Source of the DNA: Okamejei kenojei
Taxonomy: Eukaryota
Direction: 5' to 3'
Assembly: GCA_035221665.1 (NCBI GenBank)
Contig: CM069139.1
Location: 61,566,001 to 61,630,000 of the forward strand
DNA length: 64,000 bases
The translations under genes were made by a program, and so were the position numbers. Of this stretch, positions 14,582 through 28,332 are shown piece after piece. Numbering within the stretch: the first letter of the stretch is position 1; each line of letters begins with the position of its first letter. The notes beneath the pieces were generated by a model. That model saw only the letters and a program-made list of their open reading frames with translations. It did no database searches and was not told the DNA's origin.

Positions 14582-15251
14582 AGGGCCTGTCCCACTTACG
14601 CGTCCTTGGCTCGCAAGTTACGCGACCTCATGGTTGCTTGAGGCATACGGGCACCGTATGGCCGCATGGGGCCGGACCCACTGAGAAGCACGGCGAGGTA
14701 TGTAGTGACATCGTGCGGGGCTCCGAAATTCTTGCAGTAAACAAAATCTTCTCGCGCCAACGGCCTGTCGCGGAACTGACGGCCAAAGTGGGACAGGCCC
14801 AAGACTCTGGCGCGACGCAACGTCTCACCTTCAACAGCAGCTGAAGCAGGCAAACGATCGCTGAACTCGGCCTGGGGCTCATGGCCATTGCGGTCCGGAT
14901 CCGCCCCCACTTCTATTCCCAGAGCGGGGCCAAGAAAATTGAAGATAGACACAAAATGCAGGAGTAACTCAGCGGGACCGGCAGCATCTCTGGAGAGAAG
15001 CAATGGGTGGTGTTTCGGGTCAAGACCCTTCTTTTCACACTGAAGAAGAGTCTCGAAACGAAACATCACCCATTGCTTCTCTCCAGAGATGCAGCTGGTC
15101 CCGCTGAGTTACTGCAGCTTTGTGTCCATCTTCAAATGACGTCACGCGCTCCAGACGGCTGTGCGTACGCATGTAATCGTGCCCGACCTTCGCTCGACCG
15201 TACCGTATCGCGTAATTTGCGTGCCAAGGACACATAAGTGGGACAGGCCCT
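14582..15251. mobile_element. PIF/Harbinger-like MITE with an internal Penelope-derived palindrome
   Basis: TIRs AGGGCCTGTCCCACTTA...TAAGTGGGACAGGCCCT, flanked by TAA on both sides. Internal inverted repeat at about 14941-15133. Confidence 0.85.
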
Positions 15252-16414
15252 TAACTATGTACTTCTCAGAGGTCATCTACACATTTTGTTCGTTACTTGT
15301 CGGCTTACATGTATGCAATTTTATATTAAATTGTAGCTTAGATCTATTTGGTCAATAACTCACAGGCACTTTTTAAGCGCACATTTTGAATACTTTCCAT
15401 TCCACCATAGAGATATAAAGTCTATAATAGACTTTATTTGTATTTCTATGATTCTACAGACCTTGGCTGGGAACCTAGGGCTCACCAAAATTGTTCTCAA
15501 TTGGGCCCCGCACCTCCTAAGGCCGGCCCTGTGGCTAAGAGCTGAAGGGAGGCAATTCACCAGCGAGAGGAAGGCTGTTCAGAAATTGATCCATACAAGT
15601 AAATGGGATAAATTATTTTTAAATAATTATTATCTGGACAAAATTCAAAAAAAGTTACAGTGAGGTATGAATAATAATCTACATGCACTGTAAGAGAACA
15701 AAGACACATTATACAATAAAAAGGTTATCAGATTTAATGTAAACTTAAAATATCGGAATATATGGTGGACAAAAATGCTGGAGAAACTCAGCGGGTGAGG
15801 CCGAATCTATGGAGCGAAGGAATTGGTGACGTTTCAGGTCGAGACCCTTCTTCAGATATATGGTATATTCCACAGACTATTTGCATTGACCAGGGTCTTG
15901 GATGTTACAGCCTGTCATTAACTGTGACATGCCCCAACCAGTAGCTGAGTTGAATGTGCAGTGAAGCACATTAATAGGTATCTGTATAGCTTTGGTAGGT
16001 TTCGTGAAGACAAATATTTTTGTGAGAGGAGGGCATTTAAATCACCATAATGAATTTCCAAGATGTGCAAATGCAAAACAGGATGGCTTTCATTGTGTTG
16101 TAGTTTTTAATTTGATTGTTTCAGAAAATGGACACTACCACTTCTTAATTCTCACCAACCTCCTTGTCCTTACCACCCACACTCCTGCACCCCCAAAACA
16201 GTATCCACACAGCATATTGCCTTTACCCCCAACACAATATTCCCTCTATAATGTTGCATGTAAATGGTGGGTACAGTTTGGAATAAAATGATATTATGAT
16301 TGGAATATGTGCAGGAATGCAAATAATGCCAGAAACACCACTTGCAGTTAAAGATTTGTTTTTACATACCTACATTATAAGATATACAATGAACAAAACG
16401 ACTTAAGTACTCAC

Positions 16415-16457
16415 TGGCTCTCAGGATGTTTTCCTTGCTGCTGCAACGAGACTGGAC
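16415..16457 (-). CDS. GPHN: Gephyrin constitutive 43-nt linker exon ([14 protein letters not shown] + 1 nt)
   Basis: Minus strand reads ctccttgcag|GTCCAGTCTCGTTGCAGCAGCAAGGAAAACATCCTGAGAGCCA|gtgagt, with canonical splice sites. The peptide matches the gephyrin linker segment ...[23 protein letters not shown]... as I recall it. Confidence 0.95.
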
Positions 16458-16883
16458 CTGCAAGGAGAATGGACAGTATTTATAAAATTTACACAATGCA
16501 TTGAAAGTTCAAACATACATACATGCAGTGAGTTGCACACAATAGATCATGATGAACAAAGCTGGATCACCACCATGAAATGACTAGTTTGTGCAAGAAT
16601 GCTACAATGGGAAAGCTTATGATTCTTCATCCTAGAAATATTAAAATGTAAATGAGTGAAATCTGGAAAACCCATCAAAATGGAGGCAAAACGTTATTCG
16701 ACAGAACATAGTAGCTCAAAATAAGTTTGCTTCAGATCTGCTGAGCACAAGTAGCCATGAAAACTGCATGAAGGAATAAAAGGTTGTCAGAAATGAATGT
16801 GACATGTTGCAGTAAACTAATCCATGTAGAAGGGCTTGTGTGTTCTGGATCTAGCAATTGCCTTTCGAAATAAATGTATAGAC

Positions 16884-16929
16884 ACATGTGCACACATGCG
16901 TGCACGCACACACACACGCACACACACAC
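16884..16929. repeat. (CA)n-type microsatellite between C4d and the VQSR exon
   Basis: Imperfect cacacacac tract, which reads (UG)n in the GPHN pre-mRNA. Confidence 0.85.
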
Positions 16930-17163
16930 TAGACACAAAACAGTAAGAATTACACCATAAATTAAATAGAAAGGTCTAAATGTGGAAATGATAACTGAAA
17001 CATTCTAAGACAAATGTTAAAGGCACAGACTAGTGGACAGTGTTAAGGTGGGAAAAACAAACAATCAAGAATCTTCACATAGATAGAATAGCAAGGAGCT
17101 AGAACTCATAGCGCAAAGCAGAGTTTGCGAATGGTAGCAGCTCCTTTGATCAGTAATAGTTAC

Positions 17164-17226
17164 TCGTGAGTTGTATCCTCTATGCCTTCTGAGTTCATCT
17201 TTAAGCCCTTCCAACCTATGGTGGAG
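17164..17226 (-). CDS. GPHN: Gephyrin alternative cassette exon, C4d-like, 63 nt (LHHRLEGLKDELRRHRGYNSR)
   Basis: ttttgtttttgtttacacattag|CTC CAC CAT AGG...TCA CGA|gtaact. Phase 0-0, 21 codons, no stop. Resembles the 21-aa mammalian cassette (LHxRLEGLKDEL...) and lies just upstream of the VQSR exon. Confidence 0.88.
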
Positions 17227-20200
17227 CTAATGTGTAAACAAAAACAAAAGATTTATAATGAACAGAGAAGCTCAGAAATCTAAGATTTTTTTTGAAAGAT
17301 GAACTACGTAAACAAAAGAACTAATGAGAGGTATATTATATGTTTGGCCTTTTTACAATTTTCAAACACACTTGCTACCAACACACGAGAAAACATGCAA
17401 ATTGTGGAACCACCAGCATTAACCCACACACAAGACAGGAAAAAACAGGCAGGATCTGCTTGGCAATTCAAGCAAAATAAGAGCATGAAGCACAGAGGAA
17501 ATTAAAAGAACAAACATAAAACAAGTATCAATTTTACTGCATGCCACGTTCCCCACTATAACCCTAAATCATTATACGTTTGCACAATACTTTCAGAAAT
17601 TAAAACCTGAACATGCCTTGTCCCCGTAGGTTAGTGTCCCTCTCACTTTCTTTAGAAGAGTGTTTTTTAAAAAACGTTTACACCACCCCTATCTTCTGAC
17701 CTATCGGTATAAAGAGAATGACAGATCTGCACAGTTACTTCTGTGCAGGTTGGAATGAATCAAAACTGAAGTCTCCTTAAGAGACAACAATAAAACGTTT
17801 TTAGGTGTATGATTGGGATTAACTGAGTTGCCAGAACTATACATTTTTACAAGGCTATAAACATACTATGGAAGATTCTTTCAGTTACATGAAAAGAAGA
17901 ACAAAGGAGAGAAAAAGAATGCTGACTGAATGAAGCAATCCAATTGCTTTGTCATCTGTTGTTGACATTTAGCTAGGGTGCGAGTAGTGAACATCAGCAC
18001 AACCGATTTACAACACAAAGAAAACATAAGCTTTTAATGAGCCGATGAAATGGATATAATGAACTAGCAACATATGTATTTGCCCTTTTATCTTTTATTA
18101 TTGTCATTAAATGCGTTAACTAGTCCACCTGTCAGTAAGCTGGATAATGAAAAGCAAATTTAGACAAGAAAAAATTAATGATGCAAGAAAAGGAACAAGA
18201 GAAGTCCAATACAAAGGTAGTGAGACATGATAAATTAAAGTAGAGAAATGTACAACTCATCTCAAATAATGAAATAACATGTCTCAATTTGTGTTAAAGT
18301 ACAATGTTGTGCTGAAAGTAAATACTTGACCACATGATCACACTCAATTAGTTGTCAGCTAAATCAGCGATATGAATGCCAGCCTGAACAATATTTTTCA
18401 GATACACCTATGCAGGTATGTTCATTGACAAATGAGACTTAAAGTAATGTTGATAATTATTCATGCTTTTGATCCGTTAAACATCATACTTTAAACCACG
18501 TTAACAATACTTGGTCTACCATTACTTGGAAGGATAAATGATTTAATTGCAAATCGTCATAATGAAGATCAGGGATTTAGACAGCCACAACAGTATCATA
18601 GCAACACTAACAAATTTCCATTCTAAAAATGTGCACAGGATTTAGCCAATTATTTTCTTTATCTGCTGCTGCTGCTTTCTTGAATATATATTTTTGTCTG
18701 TTGTATGTTTTGATATGTCGTTTCTTCATACCAGTAAATCCTTATATAATTATTTTTTTATAAAATAACTTCTGGAAGTCCACCTTTGTCAATAGTTGAC
18801 AATAAATTAATGTTACATTGGATGAGCATCAGTGAAAAACCCTATTGCTGTTTTTAAACAAGAGTGAGCAGATGAATCCTCATAAAACAGCAGGGATTAT
18901 AGTTTGTTCTAATTGTAATCTTGCACTACATCCACTGAATTTATATTTAACTTCAAAATGGAATATGCACATCATAGGTAAGGCCAATATTTATTGCCTG
19001 TACATAACTATCCAGACGAAGGTGATAATTCACCTTTTCCAACAGCAGCATCCTGCATGATAGAGGCACATTCACAATACTGGATAGGAAAGTTCCACTT
19101 TATTGATTCAGCAATGTATTCCTGTGGCAGATGATTTGGAAGGGGGAGCGAGAGGGGATGGAGGTGGGGGAATTTTCAAGATAGTGATGTACGTTGTCGC
19201 TGTTCATCTTATTGGTAGAGGTCATGAGATGAACTGACAAGGAATCTTGGCGAATTGTTGCACAACATTTAATTGGTGGTAAAACTGCGGGTATACAACA
19301 CTGTTGATGGAATGAGTGAAGTTTTAAGGTTGTGAATGGTGAGACAATGGAGAAATTATCTCATTACATCCTTGTCATGCTCTGAAGGGGTTTCAGGAGG
19401 TTTGCCATTCACCTCGTAAACTCAAAGCCTCTACCAACATTAAGAACAAAGGCGGCAGGCCCAGGGAAATACTAACTGTTAGTTCCCTCCACATCACATA
19501 CCATGCTGACTTGCAAATATATTATTCATTCATTGTTGATAGGTCTAAATGCATTGCGCGAATAAGGGTGGCAGTGATTCAAGCAGATGGCTTATGATTC
19601 TTTTCTTAAGGACAATAAATGTTCGTGTTTCCAGTGACACATTATCCTGAAAAAAGAATAAACTGATAACAAATGGCTGGTCCAATTAAGTTTCTGATCA
19701 ACGATGATTGTACCGGCACGGTACTGAATGGGGATTGAACAATAGATTAAGACTTTGGACATCATAGGAAGAAAGAGTTTGGATGCTACTATACAAGTAC
19801 CAGCCAATTTACACCCTTGTTGGGCAGATATTGCCTGGTACTGGTAATGGACACACATTGTCTTCTCTTGATCAGTCCAAGCCTGAATGTTAATCTTGCT
19901 GCATGCTAACAAAGAATGTTTCATTATCTGTTTTTGAGAATTGCTGTCTGAGATCAATAGTCTCCAGTTAACAATACTTAGTTATGTGTGTAACAACCTT
20001 CTTAGAAAAAGCTGTGCCACAGTTAAAATGCAAAAACAGCAACAATATAAAACCTACTGAACAGTTTCTTGTGCATGATATTGTAGTCTTTCAACCTTTT
20101 TTGGGAGAAGAAAATAAATTGCATCAAGAGGTGGAAGGTTTATGAAGTAAACGCACAAGTTAAGTATTTATACCTGTGTAATGGGAGTGGTACCAGTGAT

Positions 20201-22399
20201 ACTTTGTGCTAAAAATAATACCTTTAAAACAGTGAACCCCAGCCACAAATTCCTAGAAATTTTAGGCAATTGAGATACAATTCCAAAGGAAAGTACATTC
20301 ACAGGACAGAAACCTAATACTGCATTGGGTTTGTAGGTACATCACTGGGCCTCAAATTGTATTGTATGATGACAGGTCGCAACCTGCTGTTGATAGATGC
20401 CTTAAACTCAAAGATGAAAGGACTGCACCAAAATGGCACAAAGCCTGCATATCATGGAAATAAGGTGAGAAGTGATGCAAAAATGATTTTGAGGGTTAAC
20501 ATGCTTTCACCTGATGGAAAGGATGAAACAATCCTGATTCCTTTCAGTACCTAAATAAGATAATTATTTGTCTTTGAGGAAAATATTTATTGCAGTTTCA
20601 TGTACTTTGCACCATTCTCGGCTATACAGACAATTTAAAGAAGGAACCATACCAATTCTGCTCTTAAAGTTGCATATAGAGCAGAAATTAGAAGAGATGA
20701 TAAATTTATCATCATGGAACAGTTGTCTTACTGCTCCCTGATGCAGTTATTTCTAGGGTAAAAATTTCAACTGGTATTATACATACAAATACTACAAAAT
20801 TTAAAAGATGAATATTCCTTACAAATGGTATCATGACAAATGCATTGTGAATCCACTAACCATTCATAATGTAAATTTTATCCAGTGAAAGATTTGATCT
20901 CTTAGTTCCTCTTACCTATCAAAATGCTGTTTGCAAGTCTTCATACTGATATTAGCAATGGTTTATTATTGTCAAAATACAGTGATAAACTTTGTTTTGC
21001 TTGTTATCCATCAAACCATACAAACATAAACACGTCAGGTAGTGTAAAAAACAAAATAAAGTGAAGAATATAGTGTTACAGCTACAGAGGAAGTGCAGAT
21101 TTTAAAAAGTGTAAGGGTGGCAATGAGAAGAATTAGAAGATTGAGATCTTCACCCCTAACACACGAGAAGTTCTATTTAGAAACAGAATGACAATTTTAT
21201 GATTAGGGTCAAAATATAAATGTCAACTATTTCCAACAACATAAGCATACTGAAAGTATATTAGAATAATATCAAGGTATTCTGACAATTGAATATCTAA
21301 AAAGGTTCCACCCATGATTAGATACAAATAATTTGATCTTTAACCTGTTCCCCTAAAGTACTGTTTGTTAGTTTGACAGTTCAAAGCATACCATATTGAT
21401 TTTCTTATTCTTCATAGGTGAATGGAGTTTTGTAATAATTCAGAAGGGAGGCAAGATAGATTTAGCTATAGAATATCCAACAAAATTAGCACTGGAGTAA
21501 GCTTCCGATGCAGCAGTCTTAATTGTCTGGCATGCAAAAGTTTCTAATTTGGAACTGGCTCCCAAAGGGCATTAAACCAAATACATGCTGTTTTACAACT
21601 ATTTTAGTTAAGATTAAGTGTTATGCACAGGGTATTAAAAGAAATGGAGTAAAAGCAGTATACTTCTAAAACCTTGCCTTTTCTGATGTTGGATTAAGTA
21701 AATGGCAAACAAATCTGAAGAAGTGTTTCGGCCCGAAACGTTGCCTATCTCCTTCGCTCCATAGATGCTGCTGCACCCGCTGAGTTTCTCCAGCATTTTG
21801 TGTACCCTCGATTTTCCAGCATCTGTAGTTCCTTCTTTAAAACAAATCTGTAACACCGACTATCTTCAGATGATCAATGTGAACTGGAACACTGCAAGGA
21901 CAGTCAATTATGCCAGCAGTGGAGTGTGAACAACTGCAAAGGAAACTAATTTGTTGCTGAGGTCAATGTTATACTTGATATTTTAGAAAACAGATCTGTG
22001 AATTTTGAGATTTGATGATGCATGAAATATTATAAAAGATGCATAGTTATAAAATATGCAAAAAAGATTAAACAATGCACACTCAAAAGCATAAGGAGTT
22101 CATGGTTAATCCGAATTAAAGACACATATGCTCAAATGGAACTTACAGATATATCACAAAAAACTAACATTAAAAAACACTCTACAGTTTTTCAATCCTT
22201 TCAGTACTGGTAGTAAATTATTTTTGCATGGGGACTTCGAATGAACAGAAGGATATACATGTAGTCTTTCAAATTGTGAAAGCCAATTCCAAACCAGAAA
22301 GTGAAATAAACCAGTTTTGATTGAACCAAGTCAAATGTGAGAAATTATCCAAAGAAAAATTGGAAGACATGTCTATAAATCAAGGCACTACAAGATTAG

Positions 22400-23015
22400 A
22401 CTTTAGGCTTTAGAGATACAGTGCAGAGATAGGCCCTTTAGCCCACCGAGTCCATGCTGACCAGTGATCACCCCATACACTAGCACTATCCCACACATGG
22501 GGGACAGTTAACAACTTTACTGAAGCCAATTAACCTACAAACTTGTACATCTTTGGAGTGTGGGAGGAACCCGGAGCACCTGAAGAAATGTGGTCACAGG
22601 GAGAACATACAAACTCCATACAGATAGCACCCATAGCCAGGATCAAACCTGGCTCTCTGGCGCTGTAAGGCTGCAACTCTACCGCTGTGCCGTCCACTAA
22701 AAATAACCTTTGCATCAGAAGTTTAGATTAGTTTATTAGTTTAGGGATACAGGGTGGAAGCAGGCCCACCGAGTCCACACTGACCAGTGATCACTTGTAC
22801 ATTAGATATATCCTGCACTCTAGGGACCATTTACAGAAGCCAATTTACCTACAAACCTGCAGGTCTTTGGAATGTGGGACAAAACATGAGCACCCGGAGA
22901 AAACCAACATGGCCACAAGGAGAAGGTACAAACTCCATACAGACAGCACAGTTAGTCAGATCGAATCGGGTTTCTATCACTGTACAGCATGAATTCTACC
23001 ACTGCGTCACAACGC
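22400..23015 (-). mobile_element. Two tandem V-SINE-type SINEs (about 22400-22695 and 22720-23015)
   Basis: Each has the ttagagataca...ggcccaccgagtcc tail and the tctttggartgtggga core. Confidence 0.82.
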
Positions 23016-23279
23016 CTAAACCCTCTGGGAGGAGGGGAAAAAGGGGGAGAATATGTAATTAATCCACGCCTGGTCGTTTCCTGTGGAGAACATGCATGAA
23101 AATAGCTTGATTGCTAATTACCCTGATATCATCTATACAAAAAATGCCATAAATGTTCAGCAGCTCGGGCAGCTTCTGCAAAGAGGGAAACAGAGTTAAT
23201 GTTTCAGGTCGAATATCAGACTTTCACCATGATTTCAGTGCTCAAACAGCACATAATTCATTGTTGATCACCTCAGAGA

Positions 23280-23915
23280 TGTTGGGAGGTTTTTTCTGAA
23301 TGGTGAGTTTAAAACTAGGTGCCTTGGTAAAGATTGGAGTTGATTGTTTACGATGGAAATGAAAATAAATATCAATGGGTTGTAAATCTTTTGAGTTCCC
23401 CAACACAAAGCTCAGTCATTGGGGATTGAGTATTTGACAAGGTGCTGCATCAAAAGATTGGTGTATAAATTAAAAGCCCAAAGACTAGAGGAAGTGTACT
23501 AAAATAGATTGAAAACTGGCTGTCTCATAGAAAACTGTTGAAATGTTTTTCAGACTGGAAAGAGGAAATTTGGGATCAGTTCTTGCCAGAATAATTCATT
23601 ATTTAACATTAAAGATCTGGAGAAGGGAACAGCTGAAAGGTTTTGAAACTTGCCAATGATTCTAAAATTGTTGCAGTCATTTTGTAGTAAGGATACAGTG
23701 ACTGCAACTCTGCACAGAATGAACCGTCAGGGGTGGTAGTGGAGGCAGTTACGATAGAAGCATTTAAGAGGCTTTTAGATTGAAACATAGATTTGTAGGG
23801 TACGGTGGGATATGGATTTTGGTGCGGATGGGAGGAGATTAGTTCAACTTTGCATCATGCTCGGCAATAGCATTGTGTGCCGAAATGCCTGCCTGTGCTG
23901 TACTGTTCTTTGTTC
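23280..23915 (+). mobile_element. Old CR1 fragments
   Basis: Degenerate tttgacaaggtgctgcat (FDKV.H) and a CR1 3' UTR (ccgaaatgcctgcctgtgctgtactgttct). Confidence 0.65.
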
Positions 23916-24920
23916 TTATATATTGTTGCCTTGAATATTAAATTAGTATATTTGTGACACAAAACAGGATGCTGAACATCAAATCTTAATGGTATGCAAA
24001 TGCTCACCGACGTCTGACATTGTGGATACTTCTGGGAGGTTTAATAACTAATGCACTAAAAGCCCAAATACTTTTGAGTGAAACCGATATCAGAATTCCA
24101 ATTTATCTTGTCATCGACTATTGAACAAATAACTTAAATCTGCTTGTTTGTCTGCTGAGTGGTTTTCTGTAGGCATTAAGATTGATTCCTCTATGTTATC
24201 GGGCAAAGTACAGGGAATTATAAATATTAATCAAATACCAGTCACTATTTTTTCCAAACTTCCGGATTAGAAATTGTAGATGAGATAAATTTAGCATAAA
24301 ACCATTGTTATGCATCTGTTTGGAGATCTGATTCAATAATTTTTTTCAAGAGAAGCACCAGCAAAATGTTATTGAGTACTTCTGCATATATAGAAGTGCA
24401 TGCTAAATTAAAAATACTTTTCAATAAAACTCAAGAAACCTAGGCAAATGAACAGCTCAATTTTAAGCTGCTTGTCTTAAGTTGAGGAAAAAGTAAAAGC
24501 AAGTCTTGCAGTTTTAGTTGCACTTCATTAGTTGTTCTACCATTCTGAAAAAAAGCTGACATACTTCAGGAATTAAAAAACATACAAAATGTTTGTGATG
24601 TCCACAATGTTGCCATTAACGTCCATTTTAATTGGAGTAAAAAGACTATTAACCTAAATAAAGGTATTTTCTGAACTAGAATTCATTTAAATCATTTTGA
24701 TTATTTTATTTGAAGATTTCAGTCTCATTCAAGCATTTGGAACCAAAATGATGCACCCCAGCAATAGCCACGAGATACCTTAGCTCTTGCTACAATACTT
24801 TCACTAGTTCATGCAACAGTGGAAGATTCTCCATTATCTCTCCAGCATTTGTTGCTAATAGTGAATCCTCCCTAACACAATTTCAGTTCCGCATGTGTTA
24901 GCTGACCTCGACTCATCATT

Positions 24921-25226
24921 GGGCAGCATGGCAACATAACGGTATAGTTGTTGCCTTACAGCGCCAGAGACCCGGGTTCTATCCCGACTATGGGCGCTGT
25001 CTGTACGGAGTTTGTACGTTTTCCCCGTGACTTGCGTGGGTTTTCTCCTGGTGCTCTGGTTTGCTCCCACACTCCAAAGATGTACACATTTGTAGGCAAA
25101 TTGGTTTGGTAAAATTGTAAATTGTCCCTAGTATGTGTAGGATAGTGTTAGTGTGTGGGGATCGCTGGTTAGCGAGGTCTCGATGGGCTGAAGCACCTGT
25201 TTTCGCTCCGTATCTCTAAACTAAAC
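24921..25226 (+). mobile_element. V-SINE-type SINE, full length
   Basis: tRNA-like head (gacccgggttctatcccgact), central core (cggagtttgtacgttttccccgtgacttgcgtggg), and tail gatgggctgaagcacctgtttt...tctctaaactaaac. Confidence 0.88.
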
Positions 25227-25602
25227 AAGTCATCACTTTGCAACTTCGCAACGTCCAGATGGTGATCAATAAGGTTGTCACTGATTGGCTGCTTAGTTTG
25301 ACAAATAAGCTCTCTGCAAATGAAATTCAAATGTTTTGTCAGTAGAAGAGTGATTACATGAGATTTGGAAAGAAAAGGAAAGCCAAGTTAGTGCTCAAAT
25401 TAACAGCTGTGAAGACTGCAGTGCATGACGATCACTTAACAAAATGAAATCTAGGTTTATCAGGGTTTTGCTTCACTGGTAGTTGATGCAGGTACTATCG
25501 CAACGTTTAAGAAAAATTCGACAGGTACATGGATAGGATAGGTCTAGAGGGATATGGGCCAAAAGCAGGCAGCTGGGACCAGTGTAGATGGGGCATGTTG
25601 GT

Positions 25603-26318
25603 CTCCACCGGTTGGTACCAGCAATGGCTGCCTCGCCAGCAGTCCGTTTTTATTATTTTAAGTATGTCTTCAATGTGTGTTTCAATGTTTCTAGGTTAGT
25701 TTATGTGGGGGGAGCGGGGAGAAATAGGGAGGAAACTTTTTTTCAGTCTCTCACCTTGTCGGAGATGAGACTTTCTCCATGTCTCATCTCCCTCTCCCCC
25801 CTCCCTGCAGCCCAACAACTGGATTAGTGGCCTTTCCTGGAGACCGGCCTGGAGCTTCAAGCCGCATGCGCGGAGCAGTCTTTAACATTGCGGAGCTGCG
25901 ATCCTTTGCTGTGGACCACCAGAAGAAGTGCTCCTGATCGCGAGGCCTGTGGACTTTTAACATTGTGAAGCCATGGTCTACAGTAAGAAACGGCCGACTC
26001 GGGAACTCCTTGCTGTGGAGTGTTCCGATGCGTCCCGATGTCGGAGTTTCGATCATCCAGACGAGAGGGCCAGAACATTGGACCATCTGTAGCGGCAAAC
26101 TGCGGAGGGTTCAAAGGCCCCGACCTTGGGTGAACAAAGGAAGAAGATGACTGAACTTTATTGCCTTCCATCACAGTGAGAAATGTTGATTCCACTGTGG
26201 TGGATGTTTATGTAAAATTTTATTTTATGAGTGTATTGTGTTCTTTCCACTTAGTATGGCAACACAAATTTCACTGTATCTTAAATGGTTAAGTGACAAT
26301 AAATGCAAACTTGAACTT
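25603..26318 (+). mobile_element. Unclassified non-autonomous retroposon-like repeat, inserted in a CR1 3' fragment
   Basis: Homologous to 48685-49263 (shared gcctcgcca..cagtc start and tgaactttattg...cactgta.cttaa.tggt...gtgacaa tail). Interrupts CR1 3' sequence at about 25475-25602 and 26320-26370. Confidence 0.65.
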
Positions 26319-26683
26319 CATCCATGTGGGCAATTTGGGCTGAAGTGCTGTTTCTACACTGTATGACTCATTAAACTATGAAATATAAATACACATCTCT
26401 AATAGGAGAAATGAGTGATAACTATCTAGTCCTCTGTCATATTAGTCTCCAGGATGGGCTGAAAGAAACATCAGAGCTGCTGAATGGAGTCTTTGGGCCC
26501 ATTATGTTGTAACATGAGAATAAATAGAAGCATAAACACAAAGCAAGAAAGCGTGCTGTGACTGCAGAAAGTGCACCTGAAGGTTGTTTCTCATTCACAT
26601 TCTACCAAAAGGACCTTGTCTTACTTTGCACATGGCAGACTGTATAACTTCAGTGCTGCTATCAGGTGTGAACTGAAACTTAA

Positions 26684-27312
26684 AGGGCCTGTTCATTCGA
26701 GCACCATTTATGCGATCTGCTAGCGTGTGGGTAGCGTGTGGGTAGCGTGGGACGGGCGCATGGAGTGGTGTGGTGGAGTGTGGAGTGGCGTGGAGGAGTG
26801 TGGACTTCGTCCTGCACAAAATCTTCCCGCGCCACCGGACTGTCGCATAACTGACGGCCAAAGTGGGACAGGCCCAAGACCCTGGCGTGGCGCGGCGCAA
26901 CGTCTCACCTCCAACAGCAGCAGAAGCAGGCAAACGATCCCCGAGCTCGGCGTGGAGCTCACGGCCATTGCGGATCCGGATCCGCCCCCACTTCTACGCC
27001 AAGAGCGGGGCCAAGACGATTGGAGATAGACACAAAATGCAGGACTAACTCAGCGGGACCGGCAGCATCTCTGGAGAGAAGCAATGGGTGACATTGAGTC
27101 GAGACCCTTCTTCAGACTGAAGAATAGTCTCGACCCGAAACATCTCCAGAGATGCTGCCTGTCCCGCTGAGTTACTCCTGCATTTTGTGTCTATCGTCAA
27201 ATGACATCATGCGCTCCAGACGGCTGTGCGGATGCATGATGACACGCGCGACCGTCACGTGTCAGTCACTACCGGCCTGTTGCGTAAATGACGGCCATGT
27301 GGGACAGGCCCT
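26684..27312. mobile_element. Second copy of the Harbinger-like MITE family with the internal palindrome
   Basis: Ends TAA-AGGGCCTGT... and ...GTGGGACAGGCCCT. Interior collinear with 14582-15251, including the palindrome at about 27025-27195. Confidence 0.82.
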
Positions 27313-28332
27313 TCAGGGTATTAGAGAATAAATAACTGGTGCTACAGTTTTCAATGTCCCATTGACAAAACTTTTCCTGTTGCTTCTCTGATCTTCTTAG
27401 TCAACATGCTGTTTGCACTGTGAGGTTACACCAAGCATGGTTAAGAACTACATTTATTTGTGCACTGTCAACTGTCTTCCTGTTAATTAAATTGATCCAT
27501 AATAGAGCACAGGCTTTGTACTGAGGTGTCCAAAAAATAACAGACAACAGAAATTATCTTCTACACAGTTATAATGTGGTCAATCAGAAGGCCAATTAAT
27601 CAATCAGTTTTCTTTTGGAAAACCTACGAGCAAACTTAAATATGCTCTCGACAAACAGCTCATCTTGTTGATGGAGACATAAAAAGCCATTTCTTTTCCA
27701 AGCCCCACATAAAATGGGTGCATTTGAAGACTTAAAACAGGTGAAATCCATGAATGTCTTGCAGGCAAAAACAATCCCCTCAATACAAAAGACTCGGTTT
27801 CTTTTTCACTTCAAAGCAGAGTTTGAAAATAATTGCAGATGCTGGAATTCTGAAATAAAACTGATGGTGGCTCTTTCATTTGAAACATTCACTCTGTTTT
27901 CCTTTCCAAATATGCTGCCGAACTTACTGAGTGCTTCCAGTTTTTTCAGTTGTTATTTCAAAGCATATTTTGCTGGATCCAGCCTGATTTTAGCATTTGC
28001 ATTGTTCAAGTGAAAGTACATACAGTGGGGTTATGAAAGGTGCCATTATCCAAACCAGCATTTGGGAAGCCAAAGGATTTAGCATGCCCGTTACTTTATT
28101 TTAACACAGCCATTGTATTAATGTTTAATATCTTGAGAAATTGAGAAGCTATGATGACTGTGCATGTGAATCAGATCCTATTTCACTATGTAAAGCGGCA
28201 TTACAGGTAATGACCCTTCCTGGATTCTGGAGCTGGAACTAAGATGAAGGGAAGTGTCATTGTGCTAAATCAAAGGTTTGATCTCATGCTGGAGATTCTG
28301 AAGGCATATCTGGAGATAATCTGATAATCTAA

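Larger units (their letters stand above)
14025..15531. mobile_element. Non-autonomous hAT element
   Basis: TIRs CAGGGCCGGCCTTA...TAAGGCCGGCCCTG. Perfect 8-bp TSD TGGCTAAG at 14017-14024 and 15532-15539. Contains the assembly gap and a nested MITE. Confidence 0.9.

Noticed and set aside
14124-14844. Long ORFs in three frames
   Set aside because: Artefacts of reading through the N gap and GC-rich transposon sequence.
1-16400. Next GPHN exon (SHSAVDITKVARRHR...)
   Set aside because: Searched by eye and not found; it presumably lies beyond the left edge. The ...SCPTPK exon was likewise not seen at the right.
17739-17775. Candidate exon ttaag|GAGACT...CAGAA|gtaact near C4d
   Set aside because: 37 nt, frameshifting, and no recognisable gephyrin homology.
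20916-20945. Candidate 30-nt exon with a gtaaga donor (YEDLQTAF**)
   Set aside because: Weak acceptor, ends in stops and has no homology; indistinguishable from chance.
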